64,000 nucleotides of DNA from the NCBI GenBank assembly GCA_035479795.1, contig DATIII010000008.1, positions 30,487-94,486 of the forward strand, read 5' to 3'. Below the pieces are notes generated by a model. It was not told where the DNA came from. It saw only the letters and a program-made list of their open reading frames with translations, and ran no database searches. The position numbers were made by a program, and so were the translations under genes. Numbering within the stretch: the stretch's first letter is position 1; every line of letters begins with the position of its first letter. The DNA is from Candidatus Saccharimonadales bacterium. GTDB lineage: Bacteria > Patescibacteriota > Saccharimonadia > UBA4664 > SCTI01. This document shows positions 60,378 through 64,000 of this stretch, piece after piece.

Positions 60378-63300
60378 CTATTGAATAACTTTAGCAACCC
60401 TACCGTCGGCAACAGCCGAGCGGAGTTTGGCCAGCAAGTCCTCATTGGCAGCTACTTTGATTGGTAGCTTCAACTTTTTAGGCGGGTTGCCAGGCATTAC
60501 CAGATAGGCTGTATCTTGGCCCGGGGCGTCGGCCAGAATGTCCTTAATCTTTGACAACACAGCCGGATCAGATGTATTTGAGAGTTGGATTTCGATGCCA
60601 ATTGCGACAGGGAGGTCACCGTCGGGAGCAACTGAGGGGATGGGATCCTTGGTTTCAGGTTCAGGCTTATAAACTGGCTTGCCAGAGGGTTTGTAGCCTT
60701 TGGCGGTGTCATAATCAATAATCTTGGCCTTATCTACCATAATCTTGATCTCACCGACGCGGCCATCGCGATCCTTAGTTGAAATCTTCCCATCTACTTC
60801 CACAACCTGATCCGTTTCCCAGAGTCCGGGATTCTTTTCATAGGCCTTTGGGAAGACGATCAGTTCCAGCGATCCCGATTTGTCCTCAAGCCCTACAAAG
60901 GCCATAACGGCATTATTTTTGGTGGTAATTTTGCGAACGGTGGTTATCATCCCGCCAACGGTGGCTTGGCGACCTTCCATATCTGTGGTTAAGACCTTAA
61001 TTGGCACCATCTTGTCATTAAGGTAGGCGTCGTAATCATCCAGCGGATGGTGCGACAGGTAGAGACCCAGCAGTTCACGTTCCCAGCCCAGCTGCTCGCG
61101 AGGATTTGCCGCCACGGCTGGTAATTCCAGGTGTAAGCCGGGGAGATTGTCTTCAACTCCCAGCGATCCAAAGATATCGATCTGGCCGCTCAGGGCGTTC
61201 TTTTGGGCCTTGGAGGCATAGGAAACCACCATGTCCAGGTTATGCAGTAGCTGGCTGCGCTCGCCAAAGCTGTCCATGGCCCCGGACTTGACCAAGGCTT
61301 CCCAAACTTTTCGGTTGCACTCAGCGGCGCTAACCCGCTTGGCGAAATCTTCCACGCCGGTAAATTCTCCGCCAGCTTCGCGAGCCGCCACAATAGCTTC
61401 GATGGCGCCGAGGCCAACATTTTTAATAGCTGATAAACCGAACCGAATATCACCTGTCTCGGGCGAGACTGAGAACTGGGAAAAGCTTTGATTGACATCT
61501 GGCGGCAGAACTTTTAAGCCCATGCGACGGCATTCGGCCACCTCTATTGCAATGCGGTCAATGTTGCCATAATCGCTGGTCATCAAGGCGGCCATGAAGG
61601 CGCTGGGGTAATGAGCCTTAAGATAGGCAGTTTGGACCGCAATTAGCGCGTAGCAGGCTGAGTGAGACTTGTTAAAACAGTAGTCAGCAAAGGGCATTAG
61701 CTGGTCATGCCAGAAGCTTTCGGCAAAACCGCGTTCCACACCGGAAACCTTGATCATGCCCTCAATAAAGTCCTTCTCCATCTTCTTCATAGTTTCGCGT
61801 TGCTTCTTACCAATGGCCTTACGCAAGGTATCGGCCTGGCCGCCAGTAAAGCCACACATATCTTTACTGATCTGCATGAACTGCTCTTGGTAAACCAAAA
61901 CGCCGTAGGTATTGCCCAACGCCGCTTCCATACCCGGATGGTCATAAACCACCTTTTTGCGACCATGCTTGCGGTCGATGAAGTCTGGGATGAACTGCAG
62001 CGGGCCCGGACGATACAACGCACACATGGCGATAATGTCGTCAAAAGTAGTGGGCTTAAGTTCGCGCAGGTAGCGCTTCATGCCGGCTGATTCCAGCTGA
62101 AAGACCCCGGTGGTATCGCCGCGGGCCATCAGCTGATAGCTTTTTTCATCATCCAGCGGAATATCGGCCACGTCGATCGACACGCCGTAGACCTTTTTAA
62201 TAATCCGCAGGGTATTTTTAATGATGGTTAAGTTGGACAGTCCCAAGAAGTCCATCTTTAGCAGACCAAGCTGCTCGATCGGTCCCATGGAGTATTGGGT
62301 GCAAATGCCACCTTTTTGAGCACGCTGCAACGGCGTAAAGGTCACAATGTCTTCGGGAGCGATAACCACGCCCGCGGCGTGGACGCCATTGGAGCGAATC
62401 GTGCCCTCCAGCTGACCAGCCAGATCGATTAGTCGCTTGGTGCGGGGATTTCCTTCGTATTCAGCCTTTAGTTCAGGGTCGTCTTTGACCGATTTGTGCA
62501 GAGGGATGTGCCGACCTTGGATTGGTGCCGGAACAATCTTGGCCACACTGTCTACCTCGGCGTAAGGCATCCCCAGCGCCCGCCCGGTGTCGCGCACGGC
62601 AGCCCGAGCGGCCATGGTGCCAAAGGTAATGATTTGGGCCACTCGATCTTGGCCATACTTTTCGGTAACATAGGCGATCACTTCGTCGCGGCGGTCGTCT
62701 TGAAAATCGATGTCGATATCCGGCATAGAAATACGATCGGGGTTCAAGAAACGCTCAAACAGCAGATCATATTCCAGAGGATCCAGATCAGTCACGTTAA
62801 GTGCAAAGGCTACAATGGATCCAGCAGCCGAACCACGGCCCGGGCCAATAATAATTCCTTGATTCTTCCCCCAGTTGATAAAGTCGGCCACGATCAAGAA
62901 GTAACCCTCGTAGCCCATCTTGGAGATGACCTCCAGCTCATAATCCATGCGGTTAACAAATTTGGGATCCAATTCCTGACGGGCTCGCTCTTCGGTAACG
63001 GTGTGCATGTCTTCTTTAGGAATATCCCCATAACGCCACATCAAGCCTTGCCAACACAACTGGTGCAGGTATTGCTTTTCGGTTTGGCCAGTGGGGACCT
63101 CAAATTTGGGAATCAGAATGCGATCGAGAGGCAGCTCAATGTCGCAGGCCTCGGCAATCTTCACTGTGTTGCTGATAGCCTCCGGCACATGCTGCCAGCG
63201 ACTAGCAATATCGGCCCCACTTTTAATGTAGAGCGCCATTTCCATTTCCATCCGGTCGGTATCGCCAATGGTCTTGCCAGTTTGGACGCAAAGCAGGACC

Positions 63301-63998
63301 TCGTGAGCTTCGCGGTCACCATGACCGGTGTAATGCGAATCGGCCGTAACTACCAGCGGTACACCGGTGGTTTTCGAAAGCTCAATTAAGCCCGCGTTAA
63401 TTTGTTTTTGCGGCTCCCACTCCTCATGGTCCTGGAGCTCTAAGTAGTAATTGCCCTCACCAAAAGTATCGCGATACCACTCGATGGCTTCTTGAGCTTC
63501 CTTCATGGCACCGTTCAAGATATGTCGAGCCACCTCGCCCGAGGCGCAACCAGATAAGGCAATAATTCCGTCTTTAAGTTCAGTCAGGAGTTCGCGGTCC
63601 ACCCGCGGCTTGTAATAAAAGCCATCCAGATGGGCTCGAGTCGATAGCCGCATCAGGTTTTGATACCCTTCAAAGTTTTTGGCCAGCAGGATCAAGTGAA
63701 AGGGGTTGGCATCAATCTTACCGGCCTTGTCCTGCATACTGCGTGGCGCCACATAGGCTTCGAGTCCGATAACCGGCTTGATCCCGCGCTTCTTGGACTC
63801 ATTGTAAAACTCAATCGCCCCGGACAATGTGCCGTGATCAGTCAACGCCACCGAGTCCATACCGAGCTCCTTTACACGATCAAGCATACCCGGCACCTTT
63901 TGCAGCCCATCAAGCAGGCTGTAGTGGCTGTGGTTATGCAAATGGACGAACGGCACGGTGGCTTCCCTGTCGCCACCCACCCGGGTTTCTGTACTCAC
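60378..63998 (-). CDS. dnaE: DNA polymerase III alpha subunit (exact start uncertain at the window edge)
   Basis: PHP domain HLHNHS..SLLDG, GRGSAAGS, PDIDIDF, FNKSHS, QIDIF clamp motif, OB fold. Confidence 0.98.
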   Translation of the reverse strand: MSTETRVGGDREATVPFVHLHNHSHYSLLDGLQKVPGMLDRVKELGMDSVALTDHGTLSGAIEFYNESKKRGIKPVIGLEAYVAPRSMQDKAGKIDANPFHLILLAKNFEGYQNLMRLSTRAHLDGFYYKPRVDRELLTELKDGIIALSGCASGEVARHILNGAMKEAQEAIEWYRDTFGEGNYYLELQDHEEWEPQKQINAGLIELSKTTGVPLVVTADSHYTGHGDREAHEVLLCVQTGKTIGDTDRMEMEMALYIKSGADIASRWQHVPEAISNTVKIAEACDIELPLDRILIPKFEVPTGQTEKQYLHQLCWQGLMWRYGDIPKEDMHTVTEERARQELDPKFVNRMDYELEVISKMGYEGYFLIVADFINWGKNQGIIIGPGRGSAAGSIVAFALNVTDLDPLEYDLLFERFLNPDRISMPDIDIDFQDDRRDEVIAYVTEKYGQDRVAQIITFGTMAARAAVRDTGRALGMPYAEVDSVAKIVPAPIQGRHIPLHKSVKDDPELKAEYEGNPRTKRLIDLAGQLEGTIRSNGVHAAGVVIAPEDIVTFTPLQRAQKGGICTQYSMGPIEQLGLLKMDFLGLSNLTIIKNTLRIIKKVYGVSIDVADIPLDDEKSYQLMARGDTTGVFQLESAGMKRYLRELKPTTFDDIIAMCALYRPGPLQFIPDFIDRKHGRKKVVYDHPGMEAALGNTYGVLVYQEQFMQISKDMCGFTGGQADTLRKAIGKKQRETMKKMEKDFIEGMIKVSGVERGFAESFWHDQLMPFADYCFNKSHSACYALIAVQTAYLKAHYPSAFMAALMTSDYGNIDRIAIEVAECRRMGLKVLPPDVNQSFSQFSVSPETGDIRFGLSAIKNVGLGAIEAIVAAREAGGEFTGVEDFAKRVSAAECNRKVWEALVKSGAMDSFGERSQLLHNLDMVVSYASKAQKNALSGQIDIFGSLGVEDNLPGLHLELPAVAANPREQLGWERELLGLYLSHHPLDDYDAYLNDKMVPIKVLTTDMEGRQATVGGMITTVRKITTKNNAVMAFVGLEDKSGSLELIVFPKAYEKNPGLWETDQVVEVDGKISTKDRDGRVGEIKIMVDKAKIIDYDTAKGYKPSGKPVYKPEPETKDPIPSVAPDGDLPVAIGIEIQLSNTSDPAVLSKIKDILADAPGQDTAYLVMPGNPPKKLKLPIKVAANEDLLAKLRSAVADGRVAKVIQ

Positions 63999-64000
63999 AC

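Overview
Bacterial chromosomal core region, probably Patescibacteria/CPR and possibly Saccharibacteria-like. This is an inference from the missing rpmD/L30 at its usual position, the compact gene order and the many apparently leaderless genes. Most of the window is housekeeping on the minus strand: the S10-spc-alpha ribosomal cluster with rplM-rpsI, the str genes, rpoBC, clpP, tig, tRNA-Leu, rsmD, recG, tyrS, radA, clpC, nusA, an M3 peptidase, rnhB, rplS and dnaE. A class A PBP and a sortase F/substrate pair lie on the plus strand. Small accessory cassettes split rpsJ from rplC and fusA from tuf. The best candidate for a new system lies between dnaE and rplS. It is a self-contained unit of an extended -10 promoter, a ~190-nt structured RNA closed by long-range inverted repeats, a divergent retron-like reverse transcriptase (FVDD, no NAxxH, no effector gene) and a perfect 14-bp hairpin over its stop codon. 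Other notable items: a three-copy family of ~100-120 bp palindromic intergenic elements, AGGATTC-type heptamer arrays, CIRCE boxes at clpP and clpC, and a +1 frameshift in the PBP tail. All calls were made by eye from motifs; no searches or folding programs were run.
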